Shown here: one piece after another, positions 9,021 to 18,846 of the stretch | Layout: each line of letters opens with the position of its first letter | How positions within the stretch are numbered: the first letter of the stretch is position 1 | DNA from: a virus | Lineage: Duplodnaviria > Caudoviricetes | Virus record (IMG/VR): IMGVR_UViG_3300020120_000076 | Coordinates: 1-48,743 of that record | Direction: 5' to 3' (one strand) | Length of the DNA: 48,743 nucleotides | The notes under the pieces: generated by a model | Seen by the model: only the letters and a program-made list of their open reading frames with translations | Told to the model about the DNA's origin: nothing | Databases searched by the model: none | Program-made: the position numbers and the translations under genes

Positions 9021-10466
9021 CTAGAAGTCGAACTGCCGCGCGAGTCCCTCGAAGCGGATGTTGCGCCGCGGGACCAGGCAACAGAGTTGCTCGTACATCT
9101 TACCGAAGGCGAAGTAGGCGTCTTTCCGCCCCGTCGCATCCGAGACCAGGTTCCAGATCGCGCCCGTGCGCTGCACCCAGGTCCAGGTGTTGAGCGTCAG
9201 ACGCCGCCACGACCCGCGGTTCAGGCCGAAGGCGATTTGCGGCGGGAGCTTCCGAGCGGTCTTGAACGGGATCGTCCGGTCCCCGAGCACGACACCGACT
9301 GAGTTGCTCAAGCCGCCCTGCGCCGAGCGGAGATCGTTCAACGTGCGGTCCTGCTTCATGTCGGCCCAGTACCCGATCGGCGCATGGGGGCTCGTGATGA
9401 GCGTGTCGATCTTGGCGTTGGCCGCCACGCGCGTCGCCGCATCGGCGGCGATCAAGAGCTGCTCGGTCATCACCCCGTTGTAGGGAGCGACCGAGGCGTC
9501 CACCACGCGGGCGTTGAACTGCCGCACCGAGGCGCGGACGACGTTCAAGTAGGTCCCGAGAATGGAGCCGTCGTCGACCCCGGCGAGCACACCCTGCACT
9601 TCGCGATCGACCCCGGCCAACTGGGACGATGCGCCGGCCGAGTCGCCGCCGAAGATGTAGTCGTCGATCGTGATGGCGGCGAGCAACGCGGCGTCGGCCG
9701 TGATCGTGAGATCGTTGTTGGTCTCGTCAATGTTCTCGACCAGCGCGGCCTGGGTCGAGCCCGCATTCCGGAGCGCCGTGCCGGCCGCCGTGGCCGAGAA
9801 CACGATCGTCTCCCCTTCGAGGAATTGGAGCCAAGCGTCCTCGTACCCGTCGACCCCGAGCGCGCGGTCCACGGGGAGCGGCGACGCGCCAGCCCAACCG
9901 GCCGCGACCCGGGCCTTGATGCCCGCGCCAAAGCCGATGTACATGCGGTCGACCTCGTTCAAGACGCGCTCTTTCGTGTCCGGGAGTGCGCGCTCCATGT
10001 AATTGATGAACGCGCCCTCGTCGCCCACGACGCGGTCCATCACGTCGCCCGTCATCTCGATCACGCCCATGATCTTCCGGAGGAAGATCCGGCCATTGAT
10101 TGCCTTGGCCGTTTGGGAGACCGGGATGTAGTCGTTCTCCGCGCGCGCGCCGGCCGCGCCAGCCAGCCGGAGATAGTGCGCGGTTTCGATGTACTTGCCG
10201 CCCGTCGTCTGCTCCGTCTGGATGTTCATGTCGGTCTTGAAGATCGACATAAACTCGGACTCGGCCACGATGTCCGTGATGAGCGGGTCGGAATAGATGA
10301 TCTTGGTCAGGGCGTCGATGTCGGCCGTGGCCGTCGTCGCGCCCAGCACCGCCGGCAGCGCCAGCGCATACGCGGGGTGGGCACCCGTACACGCGACGAG
10401 CACCGCCATTACCAGGGCGGCGATCATCGGGACCAGGTGCTCGAACCGTCCTACCAGTTTACGCAT
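9021..10466 (-). CDS. Major capsid protein (HK97-fold inferred), 481 aa with a hydrophobic N-terminal leader
   Basis: Follows portal and scaffold. ATTATADIDALTKIIY..., GARAENDYIP, VLNEVDRMYIGFGAG and a terminal PRRNIRFEGL are typical of this MCP type. GGAG RBS 7 nt before ATG 10466. Confidence 0.85.
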   Translation of the reverse strand: MRKLVGRFEHLVPMIAALVMAVLVACTGAHPAYALALPAVLGATTATADIDALTKIIYSDPLITDIVAESEFMSIFKTDMNIQTEQTTGGKYIETAHYLRLAGAAGARAENDYIPVSQTAKAINGRIFLRKIMGVIEMTGDVMDRVVGDEGAFINYMERALPDTKERVLNEVDRMYIGFGAGIKARVAAGWAGASPLPVDRALGVDGYEDAWLQFLEGETIVFSATAAGTALRNAGSTQAALVENIDETNNDLTITADAALLAAITIDDYIFGGDSAGASSQLAGVDREVQGVLAGVDDGSILGTYLNVVRASVRQFNARVVDASVAPYNGVMTEQLLIAADAATRVAANAKIDTLITSPHAPIGYWADMKQDRTLNDLRSAQGGLSNSVGVVLGDRTIPFKTARKLPPQIAFGLNRGSWRRLTLNTWTWVQRTGAIWNLVSDATGRKDAYFAFGKMYEQLCCLVPRRNIRFEGLARQFDF

Positions 10467-10489
10467 GAGAAAACTCCGAAGAGTGCGGG

Positions 10490-11785
10490 CTACCTCGTGA
10501 CGAGGCGACCCTTGTTTTTCTTGTGCCACTCGATCGTGGCTTCGATCCCAAGCGGTTGCCCGTCCTTGGTTCGAGGGGGAGTGACCGCGCCGGAGCCCGG
10601 CGACCCGGCCCCTGGGGGCGGAGCTGCTGCGCGAGCCTTGGCGTGGGCGGACGCGACGAACCGAGCGCCGTTAACCGCCGGCTTGGCCGGGGGCGCGGGT
10701 TTCTTCGGAGTCGCTACTACGGGGGGTTTCGCCGCGGCGGCGGGCCGGCCGTTGGCGGGCGCGGACGCTGCGGGTTTGGGTTTGCCGTTTTTGCCGTTCA
10801 CTGGAGCCTTGGACGGGTCGATCCCGTACGCCTCCAGGTGGTCGGCGAGAATCTTCGGGACTCGGGCGATCGGGAGCGTCAGGAGATCCTCGGCGAGCGC
10901 CACTCGTTGGAGCTCGCTCATGCACTCCCGGGTGAACACGCGCCGCTGGGCCTCGGTCATCGTCGGCGGCACGTAGCCCGCGATCGTCGAGGTGATCTCG
11001 GCCAAGTTGGTCTGGACCGCGCGTTGCTCGTTGATCGAGGTCGAGACCTGGTCGCGGAGCTCCAACTGGCGCGTCCGTTCTTCGGCGCGCGTGGTGCGAA
11101 GCTCGGTCGGGTCGTCGAGCGCGATCACGCGATCCCGCAAGCGGTCCCAGTTATCGGCCAGGAGCGCCAAGACAACGTGGTCGACCATCTCGGGTCGTGT
11201 TTGGAGTCCCAGCGACGCCAGGTAGCCGAGCGGGTTGGCCGCGGCCTCGATCCGCTCGGCGTCGATCTCCTGCGCCAACTCGGTCGCCCGTGCCTCGGCC
11301 GCTCGCGCCTGCTCGCCCGACTGATAGCCGTTCCGGAGCTGACGGAGGCGCTCGGCCACTTCGGGGGAGTCGACCTCGATCTCGACGTCCTCGCCGTTCC
11401 GGCCCGGGAGTGCCACGACGAGCTCCGGCTTGGTCTCACCTTCCTCGCCGCCGGCCTCGGCCCCAGCTTCCTCGCCAGCGCCCGCTTCGGCCCCGGCCGT
11501 CTCGCCAGCCTCGGCCGCACCAGCGCCCGTTTCCGCCGCCGTTTCTGCGGCCCCTACCTCTGACCCTTCCGTGGCCGTCCCATCGCCTTCCGTGACCTGC
11601 CCGGCCCCGGGCGCGGTACCTTGGCCCTCGTCGCCTGACTTGGCGACAAACTGGCCCGTGGTAGGATCGCGTCGGGCGGCGGAGCCCGTGTCTTTGACGG
11701 ACTGGAGGGCGGCCTTGGTGGCCTCCTCAACGGCGGACGGGGCGGGGGCGTTGGCTTCGGCGACAGAGGCGAGCGTGAGTGGCAT
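10490..11785 (-). CDS. Capsid scaffolding protein (431 aa)
   Basis: Between portal and MCP; RDPTTGQFV motif, acidic/Gly-Ala N-terminus, helical core, Pro/Lys-rich C-terminus. Confidence 0.8.
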   Translation of the reverse strand: MPLTLASVAEANAPAPSAVEEATKAALQSVKDTGSAARRDPTTGQFVAKSGDEGQGTAPGAGQVTEGDGTATEGSEVGAAETAAETGAGAAEAGETAGAEAGAGEEAGAEAGGEEGETKPELVVALPGRNGEDVEIEVDSPEVAERLRQLRNGYQSGEQARAAEARATELAQEIDAERIEAAANPLGYLASLGLQTRPEMVDHVVLALLADNWDRLRDRVIALDDPTELRTTRAEERTRQLELRDQVSTSINEQRAVQTNLAEITSTIAGYVPPTMTEAQRRVFTRECMSELQRVALAEDLLTLPIARVPKILADHLEAYGIDPSKAPVNGKNGKPKPAASAPANGRPAAAAKPPVVATPKKPAPPAKPAVNGARFVASAHAKARAAAPPPGAGSPGSGAVTPPRTKDGQPLGIEATIEWHKKNKGRLVTR

Positions 11786-11788
11786 CGG

Positions 11789-14152
11789 CTACCCGTTCTG
11801 GACGGTGGGGAGATTGTTCTGCGCCATGCCGCGAGGCGGGGCGGGAAGGGCCGGGCGGCCCGAGGGGCTGTTCTGTGGGAGGTCGGGGTTGACCCCGGGG
11901 GTCGTCGGTGTTCCGGGCGGGCCGCCGGAGGCCGGAGGGCCGCCCCCTGGAGATCCGCCGCCCGGCGGGCCGCCCATGATCTGTGACTGGAGCGCGCCCC
12001 GTTGGGCAACGGCCTTCTGGAGCTTCTGGCTCGCGTTGAACTGGTGCGCCGCGCGGTGAAGCGCGAAGGCGTCCTGGATCGGTGGGGGGAGCTTCCGAAA
12101 CTCGGGGGACTTCATAAACCGCTCGTGCGTCATGAGATGCACGGCGTCGTCGTACCACTCATACACGGGGATCGAGTCGGCCGGGACTCCTTGCAAGAGC
12201 TGGCCGTTCTCCTGCTCGGCCATCGTGCCGTCGATCCCGCCGGGCTTGGCGATCCGCGACAGATGCGGCATCGCGATCGACTCCCAGTATTTCTTGAGTG
12301 CCTCGGGCGACTGCGGGAGGCCAAAGCCGCCTTCGAGCCAGGTCTGACGGACAAAGGCTTGCTTCTCGCCGCGCCCCTCGGGGAGCATCGACTCGACGTC
12401 GGGGCGGACGTGAACCTTGCCGGCCTCGAAGATCTCAGGCAAGACGACCAGCGTGCGCCCGAGGTTGTCGTCGCCCACGTAGTCGAGCGTGGTCTCCATG
12501 TCCCAAATCATCGGGAACATGATGCGCCAGGTCTCGTACATCCGGCCGTACTCCCCGGCGGTGCGGCGCATGGTGGGGCCCAGGAAGCGGTCGGTGTTGA
12601 ACCGCGCCTCTTTGAGCTTCTCGCCCGAGTACCCCGGTGCGCCCGGATCCTGCGCGCCCTGCATGAAGCCGATGTCGTCAAACTCCTGCTTGTAGAGCCC
12701 CAAGAGCTGCGCGACCTCGGGCCCAAGGCGCGGGGGCGCGACGTACTCCACGGCGGGCACGTTGGGCCGGCGGTTGACGTAGTGGTTCTCGGCCGGCGCG
12801 TTGGTCCACGTTTTCTCTTTGATCCCCGAGCCGGTGTCGATCAGCGCCTTGGGGTTAGTGCAGAGGTTGACGTGGTCCTTGATTCGCGAGTGTGTGTCGT
12901 TGTAGCCGCGCTGGATCGGGTTCAACGCCTCCTGCGGGGTCGTGCCGCCGGGCCGCCCGGGGATTCGGATAAACTCGAACGTGGACAGGGGCGAGGTGTA
13001 CGGGAACGCCGCCGGCCGCGGGCCGTCGCGGAGCACCCGATCCGGTGTGCAGACGAGCCACCGGCCGCCGGGAGAGTCGCCCGTCCGAGCCGTCTCACCG
13101 TAAGTACACGGGGCTTCCCACAACTGGGTGAGCTCGACGTAGCCCTCGGTGTTGGTGGTGGTTCCCTGCTGCTGGCTGGGCAAGCCCTCAACGGCTCCGA
13201 AGAATCCAGTCCCGTACAAGAGACGCTCAAGCTCTCCGATGTCGCTGACGGCTCCGCCGCGCACAGTAGGATCCACCATGACCTGGAACCGATCATAAAT
13301 GTCCTCGACCGGGTGGTAGGAGCGGATGATGTGGCGCGGCTTCTCGTGCCACGGCGTCGGGCCCCAGCTCCCGCGCACCTGCATCGGCGACAACACGTCG
13401 ACCACCAACTGGCCGATCGGCGTCTGGTGGGCCTCGCCATCGTGGACGAGCTCCGTTTGGCCGGGGGCAACGAGCCGCGCGCGCGACAGCGGCTTCCCGT
13501 CTTTGTCGAACCGAACGCCCTGCGCCATGACCTGGGCCTGGCCGCCGTCGCCGTCATCCACGGGCTGGTCGTACGGATCGACCAAGGGGACCATGTCCTC
13601 GCCGACCCAGTCGCGGAGCTTCCCCTTAGTGGGGTCGATCCGGGTGAAAAGGTGCCCACGGCCCCCGGCGATCACCCAACCCATCACGCGGTCGTGGACG
13701 TCCTCCATGTTGGCCTCCCACCAGACGGCCTTGCACGCGATGTCGAGGAGCTCCGCGAGCTCGGCGTCCTCGGCGTCGGGGCCAGGGAGGAAGGTCACGA
13801 TCGGCGTGTTCTCGGTCGCGCGCGCATGGGTAATCATGAACCACGGGAGGAGCCGGTTCATCTTCGCGCGCGTGCGCCAGCGGCGCTCCGAGGCCGACAT
13901 CCAGTCGGCGACGTCGAGCCAGCGCCCCAGGACGGGGTGAAAAAATGCGTGCTGCTGGCCCGACAACATGCGGATGTTCTCCTCGATCTGCCGGTTCTGC
14001 GGCTGCACGAGGTCATCGAGCTCGCTCCACGCGCGACGCACGAGCTGGACTCGCTTCGAGTCCATCCCGTCGGGATCGCTCCCGTAGTCCGCTCCAGCCG
14101 GGCGGAGTGGGACTCCCGGCTGGAGGGACGTGGTCGTGGTGGAGGCGCTCAC
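11789..14152 (-). CDS. Portal protein, P22-like (about 787 aa; GTG start inferred)
   Basis: Size, position, ENIRMLSGQQH...MNRLLP...DAELAELL...IQRGYN motifs and a Gly/Pro-rich C-terminal tail. Confidence 0.85.
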   Translation of the reverse strand: MSASTTTTSLQPGVPLRPAGADYGSDPDGMDSKRVQLVRRAWSELDDLVQPQNRQIEENIRMLSGQQHAFFHPVLGRWLDVADWMSASERRWRTRAKMNRLLPWFMITHARATENTPIVTFLPGPDAEDAELAELLDIACKAVWWEANMEDVHDRVMGWVIAGGRGHLFTRIDPTKGKLRDWVGEDMVPLVDPYDQPVDDGDGGQAQVMAQGVRFDKDGKPLSRARLVAPGQTELVHDGEAHQTPIGQLVVDVLSPMQVRGSWGPTPWHEKPRHIIRSYHPVEDIYDRFQVMVDPTVRGGAVSDIGELERLLYGTGFFGAVEGLPSQQQGTTTNTEGYVELTQLWEAPCTYGETARTGDSPGGRWLVCTPDRVLRDGPRPAAFPYTSPLSTFEFIRIPGRPGGTTPQEALNPIQRGYNDTHSRIKDHVNLCTNPKALIDTGSGIKEKTWTNAPAENHYVNRRPNVPAVEYVAPPRLGPEVAQLLGLYKQEFDDIGFMQGAQDPGAPGYSGEKLKEARFNTDRFLGPTMRRTAGEYGRMYETWRIMFPMIWDMETTLDYVGDDNLGRTLVVLPEIFEAGKVHVRPDVESMLPEGRGEKQAFVRQTWLEGGFGLPQSPEALKKYWESIAMPHLSRIAKPGGIDGTMAEQENGQLLQGVPADSIPVYEWYDDAVHLMTHERFMKSPEFRKLPPPIQDAFALHRAAHQFNASQKLQKAVAQRGALQSQIMGGPPGGGSPGGGPPASGGPPGTPTTPGVNPDLPQNSPSGRPALPAPPRGMAQNNLPTVQNG

Positions 14153-14165
14153 GAGACCCTGACGA

Positions 14166-14492
14166 TTACGGGGTCGCGCTCGTGACCGGAACGATGATGG
14201 CCTTGACCTCACCGAGCGCGGCCGACAGCGCATCGCCGTCAATTGCGCCGGCCTTTTGGTCGGCGATGATCTTGTCGAGACGGTCGACCGCAGCCTGGTC
14301 GCCAGCCTGGTCGTCAATCGCGGCCTGCTTGAGATCGGCGACTTCCTGGAGTAGTTCGGTGTTCGTTTTCATGAGGAGCTCCGAAATGGTTTGGGACAAC
14401 GCGAACAACGTGGACTGCAACGCGGCGAGCCGGTGGACGCGCTTGATGCCGCGGGTAACGCGAGCCTGGGTGTCGGCGGGGAGTTGGGTCAC
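14166..14492 (-). CDS. Small coiled-coil protein (108 aa; alternative start at 14372 gives 68 aa)
   Basis: GTGA overlap with the upstream gene; internal ATG 14372 has a GGAG RBS. Confidence 0.6.
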   Translation of the reverse strand: MTQLPADTQARVTRGIKRVHRLAALQSTLFALSQTISELLMKTNTELLQEVADLKQAAIDDQAGDQAAVDRLDKIIADQKAGAIDGDALSAALGEVKAIIVPVTSATP

Positions 14493-15808
14493 AGGCCCGC
14501 CTCGGTCGCGGCGAAGCTGACGTCGTCGAGATAGCGATCCTCGATCAACTTGGCCGAGCCGTTCAACTGCTGGCCGACGCGATAGTCGACCCACTGATAG
14601 GTCGCCGGGTCGTCGAGCCAGTCGGGTGAGGTGAATTGCATCGTCGTCGACTCGAAGATCAAGACGCCGTCGAACCAGATCCGGAGGACGCCGTCGGCCG
14701 CGCCGAACGCGGTGTCGGGGATCAACTGGACCTTGAGCTCGTGCCACGCCTTGAGCGAGATCATCGGCCCGTACCACGTCGCCGGGCCCGCGTTCCCCTG
14801 AGCGCCGAATGAGCCGAGCTGCGTGCCATCGGAGCGGTTGCAGTGGGCGCTCACCAAGAACTGGATTGGCGTCCCCGGCGGGATAGGCGCTTGGACTGAG
14901 TTGGCCGAGGCGATGACGAGGTTGAAGGCGTGCGGGAACCCCCAGCCCGCATTCGACCAGCCCCAGTAGCAGAACTTCCGAATCGCCGGCTCGGTGCCGT
15001 CGGTGTCGCAGTAGAACTTCCACCGGGCCCACAGCTCCTCGCCGAGCTTCCGGCCGGGGTTGTTGGCGTCGGTCGGGGCGATGGCCTGGTTGCAGTCGAA
15101 GTTGCCGCCCTCGGGGAAGTTCTCGTAGTGGATCTTGCACACCTTCCCCGAGGCGCGCGGCGTTGGGTCGGCCACGACGCTCACGATGCCCTGCACTCCG
15201 GCGATGCCGAAGGGCCCCAGGGTGCCATCCTCGAAGTCGTGCCGGAGGAAGTTAGGGCCTGGCGGCGGGGGCGGCGGGGGCGGTGTTGTGTCGGGCACCT
15301 TGAGGGTGACCGTCACGCCGACCGGCGCGGAGTCGATCGTGTTGTAGTGCGCCCTCACGGTGACGACGCCGGCCACAAGGAACGAGACGAGCCCCGTGGG
15401 GTCGACGCTCGCGATCGTGGGATCGGTCGAGGTCCATCCCGTGGGCGCAAGCCCCACGATGACCGCGCCCGCTTGGTCGAGGATGGTGGCGGTGATGCGC
15501 TGCGACACGCTGCCCTCAACCCCTGAGAGCGTTTGCGGCGTGACACCGACCGAGGTGGGCGTCTGGACTGGAGGCGGCGGTGGGGGAGGCGGAGCTCCGC
15601 CCCCGCCGCCCTGGCCGGTGTGATGGCCGTGATCGTGATGCGTGGTGCCCACAGGACCCCCGGTGTCGCGGGTTTTCGATGAGGTGTCAGACATAGCGGC
15701 CAATGCAGCGGCGAGCGCCTGCGCGACGCGCGCCCGTGATGGGTAGTGGTACTTGAGCACCTTGTACGCGGCGTCGAGCGCGGACGTGGGGATCGCGGGG
15801 CGAGGCAT
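14489..15808 (-). CDS. Ig-like (Big_2-type) plus beta-jelly-roll (polysaccharide lyase/ConA-like) protein, 439 aa
   Basis: ITATILDQAG...WTSTDPTIASVDPTGLV Ig motif; DFEDG...WHELKVQL...DGVLRIWFDG...YLDDV jelly-roll motif; poly-Pro linkers. Confidence 0.75.
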   Translation of the reverse strand: MPRPAIPTSALDAAYKVLKYHYPSRARVAQALAAALAAMSDTSSKTRDTGGPVGTTHHDHGHHTGQGGGGGAPPPPPPPPVQTPTSVGVTPQTLSGVEGSVSQRITATILDQAGAVIVGLAPTGWTSTDPTIASVDPTGLVSFLVAGVVTVRAHYNTIDSAPVGVTVTLKVPDTTPPPPPPPPGPNFLRHDFEDGTLGPFGIAGVQGIVSVVADPTPRASGKVCKIHYENFPEGGNFDCNQAIAPTDANNPGRKLGEELWARWKFYCDTDGTEPAIRKFCYWGWSNAGWGFPHAFNLVIASANSVQAPIPPGTPIQFLVSAHCNRSDGTQLGSFGAQGNAGPATWYGPMISLKAWHELKVQLIPDTAFGAADGVLRIWFDGVLIFESTTMQFTSPDWLDDPATYQWVDYRVGQQLNGSAKLIEDRYLDDVSFAATEAGL

Positions 15809-17170
15809 TCAATACTCCCGCGCGAAGTCGGTGAAGTCGGCCACGGTGTTGCCGCCCGCGGCATTCTGCGACGAGACGCCGAGCATGATGACCTGGGGGT
15901 AGGTCGTACCCCCGCTCCCGGCCATCCACGATGACCAGTCGCCGTTGTACAAGAACTGCAACGCGCCCGAGCCGACCTGGTACCAGAACGTGACGTTGTT
16001 GTCGTCCCACATGGCCCAAATCGTCCACTCTTGATTCCAGTCGGCCGCGGAGAACCCGCCAACCGGGACGTCGCCGAACGAGAACCACGTCGTCAGGTTC
16101 GTGTCGCCCCACGCCTTGACCCGGATCTGGCGGTTGCCGTTCGCCGAGTCGTAGCCGACCTCGACGCTGAACGCTCGGTTGCCGGTCGTCTGGATCAAGT
16201 ACATGCCGGCGTGGTGCTTATCCGTCGCGCCGATGTTTGCGGGGACGATCTTGCACCGATAGACCTGGACGACGCCGTTGGTGACAGGCTGCGAATAGCC
16301 CCGGGCGGTGAAGTTGGACTCCTGCGGGAGCGTGAGGGAGAGCGTGCCGCCGGCCTGTGCGTTCGTCACCGCTCCGAGATTGAACGCGGTCCAGGCCGTT
16401 GCGCCCGCGCGCCGCGTGCCGGCGGTGTCGATCGCTGCGCCGACCGAGAAGTCGTCGTCGGCGTTGAAGCTCGCGGCCGGCAGGAGCGAGGTGATACCCT
16501 CGTTCACGGCGATCACGGCGATGAGCGCCTCCAGCTCGGCCTTGGTGAGCGCCTGGGCGATGATCGTGAGCCGCCAGTCACCCGAGAATATATGGCTGTT
16601 TGCGAATACCGACGCCCTGCTGCCGTTCACCATAGTCGGCGCGACTAGCGATAGGAGCGTCTTTGGCGCTCCATCCCGCCAGCCACGAATTAGCGTTCCT
16701 TCGATCTGCGCGATGTAGATGTGGCGGGCCGCCGCGTCGGCCGCCTGGTTCGCAATGAACCACGCGCCAGCGCCGGCGAAGATGCCCCACTTCCCGCTGG
16801 AACTTGCCTCGGCCGACAAAGCGAAGGTCTTTCCGCCCCCGCTAAACTCGCTGATAAAGCGGTCGCCTCCCGTTCCCGCGGGCTTCGCCACGCTAATCAT
16901 GCAGATTGCGTCATGCGAAGGGATCAGTGACAGTGGGTCGAGGTCATAGTGTTCTGTTCCGGTTCCTTGGATGACGTTCTTTCCGCCGACAACGACTGGT
17001 GCAGGCGCGGCGACGATGGCCGGGAGGTTATTGCCGCGTCCCGACTGATCCAGGAGAACGGTCGTGTTGCCGCCGCCCACCGAGACGTGATCGGCGTCCC
17101 AGTAGCCCGCCATCTTGGCGAGCGCCGGGATCCCACCCACGCCGAGGAGTCGCCGGAACGCCAGGCTCAC
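15809..17170 (-). CDS. LamG/ConA-like virion protein (453 aa)
   Basis: YWDAD...DQSGRGNN motif, then a second beta-sandwich (DDDFS...ADFTDF). Confidence 0.7.
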   Translation of the reverse strand: MSLAFRRLLGVGGIPALAKMAGYWDADHVSVGGGNTTVLLDQSGRGNNLPAIVAAPAPVVVGGKNVIQGTGTEHYDLDPLSLIPSHDAICMISVAKPAGTGGDRFISEFSGGGKTFALSAEASSSGKWGIFAGAGAWFIANQAADAAARHIYIAQIEGTLIRGWRDGAPKTLLSLVAPTMVNGSRASVFANSHIFSGDWRLTIIAQALTKAELEALIAVIAVNEGITSLLPAASFNADDDFSVGAAIDTAGTRRAGATAWTAFNLGAVTNAQAGGTLSLTLPQESNFTARGYSQPVTNGVVQVYRCKIVPANIGATDKHHAGMYLIQTTGNRAFSVEVGYDSANGNRQIRVKAWGDTNLTTWFSFGDVPVGGFSAADWNQEWTIWAMWDDNNVTFWYQVGSGALQFLYNGDWSSWMAGSGGTTYPQVIMLGVSSQNAAGGNTVADFTDFAREY

Positions 17171-18456
17171 GAGGCGGCCTTCCCGACCGTCCAGAGAAAC
17201 GTGGTGCCGTCGTACTCGAAGCCGAGGATGTCGATCACCCCAGCGCCCGTCGAGAGCGGGGCGGTCGTGCCGCCGCCGCCGACGATCTTGGACCCAGCGG
17301 GAAGCGTCAACCCCTGGCCGCCCGACCCCTGCGTCACGCGGATCTCGCCGGCTGAGCCGTTGACCGCGCCCACGATGGCAAGCGTGCGGCTCCCGCCCAG
17401 GGTGACCGTCGCCTTGGCCTCGCGCTTCCCCGACACGTCCCAGGTGATCGTCGCCCCGTCGGTCAGCGCGACCCAGGGCGAGATCGGGAGATCCGATTCT
17501 TTGATCGCCTGCGCGGCCGGCGTCTCGACCGTTGACGTCGATTCCAGGACGACGTTGTCCAGGTAGAACCCGATCGCCGCGCCCCCGCCGTTGACCTTAA
17601 ACTCCAGCCGGTCGACCGTGGTGCCCGCCGGCACGCCGAACGCGATGATTGGGATCACGATCTGCTGGTACCCGGTCGTGGTCTCCGAGGCGAAGCCGTA
17701 CTTGCCCTGAGAGAGCGTCGCCGACTGGCCCACCTTGGTCGTGCCCGAGTACCACGTCACCAACACGGACTTGGGGTTGGCCCAGGCCGCCTTCGAGCGG
17801 ATCTGGAACACGAGCTGCTTGGCCGTCGAGAGCGAGATCGCCGAGCCGTTCGTGAGTCGGACGTACGCGCCCGAGGCGGCGGCCGTAAACTCGATGTCCT
17901 TGGTCCCGGCGAACGGGTTGGTTGTCGAGTTGGCGACCACCGACGCGCCCGACACGGAGCTCGTCCATTCCGTGTTCTCTAAATAGAGATTCGTCAGCGT
18001 GATGGCGAGCGAAGAGGCGTTCGCCGGCACGAGCACGTAGCTCAAGACGAGCTGCGTCAGGCTGTCAGTGTCGGGGGTCGCCGGAGTCGCGGCCGCGGTG
18101 CCGGCCACGACGCTCAACGCGCCCGCGTTGCTGACCACGATGGCGTCGATCCGCGGGTTCGTGATGTCCGCGGTGCCGATCGTCACGAGCGCGGCGGCGA
18201 AGGGGACTAAGACGAAGTTGATGTACGCCGAGCCCGCGCTCACGCGGAACGAGAGCCCCGACGAGTACGCGACGTCCCCGCCCGCGGCGAGGAAGGTGCC
18301 CTGCCCGATCTGTGCCTGGGGCGGGTAGGGCGGCAACTGGGTGACCGGCACGACGCCGTTGAGGAGGTCGGCCTTGAGCGCCAGGGCGGCGGCGATCGAG
18401 CCCGAGCTCGCCGAGGCCGGTGACGCGAAGCCGATGGTCGACGCTCGGCGGGTCAT
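17167..18456 (-). CDS. Virion fibre/spike-like protein with a galactose-binding-fold (CBM-like) domain (429 aa)
   Basis: NPRIDAIVV fibre-type N-domain; NPFAGTKDIEF...YQQIVIPI...FYLDNVVL CBM-like domain; LTDGATITWD...QGSGG C-terminal module. Confidence 0.65.
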   Translation of the reverse strand: MTRRASTIGFASPASASSGSIAAALALKADLLNGVVPVTQLPPYPPQAQIGQGTFLAAGGDVAYSSGLSFRVSAGSAYINFVLVPFAAALVTIGTADITNPRIDAIVVSNAGALSVVAGTAAATPATPDTDSLTQLVLSYVLVPANASSLAITLTNLYLENTEWTSSVSGASVVANSTTNPFAGTKDIEFTAAASGAYVRLTNGSAISLSTAKQLVFQIRSKAAWANPKSVLVTWYSGTTKVGQSATLSQGKYGFASETTTGYQQIVIPIIAFGVPAGTTVDRLEFKVNGGGAAIGFYLDNVVLESTSTVETPAAQAIKESDLPISPWVALTDGATITWDVSGKREAKATVTLGGSRTLAIVGAVNGSAGEIRVTQGSGGQGLTLPAGSKIVGGGGTTAPLSTGAGVIDILGFEYDGTTFLWTVGKAAS

Positions 18457-18460
18457 GGCC

Positions 18461-18742
18461 CTAGACCCCGAGGATGTTCAAGTTCTGGCTGCTACCGTCC
18501 GACGACTTGGCGTAGATGTCGGCGAGCCGCTGGCACGGGAGCACGATGACCGCGCCGGGGATGAGCACGATCGGCTGGGCGCTGCTGTTGCCGACCAGGA
18601 TGTTCTTGGTGCTCGCCGGGTCGTTCTGGAGAATCACTTGCTCGACGTCGGCCGTGCTGGCGGAGATCGCCGCGGCGGTTGTGACGGCCTTGACTGCTGC
18701 GACGGGAATGTCGGCGGTCGACGGGGGCGTCCATTTTGACAC
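18461..18742 (-). CDS. Small beta-sandwich virion protein (93 aa)
   Basis: VILQND...NILVG...LIPG pattern; first gene of the adhesion cluster. Confidence 0.65.
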   Translation of the reverse strand: MSKWTPPSTADIPVAAVKAVTTAAAISASTADVEQVILQNDPASTKNILVGNSSAQPIVLIPGAVIVLPCQRLADIYAKSSDGSSQNLNILGV

Positions 18743-18846
18743 GGGCGGCGCTCGGGCGAGAGGGGAAGGCCATTACATGCGGCCCAACCTACACGCCCCC
18801 GGCCTCAAGCGTTACGGCTACGGTAGCGGGTCGCCCGGCCTCGGGC

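Noticed and set aside
10467-10529. Longer 502-aa MCP start from the ORF track (similar over-extensions for portal, TerL, RecT, initiator and others)
   Set aside because: Overlaps the upstream gene; downstream starts have an RBS or stop-start coupling.
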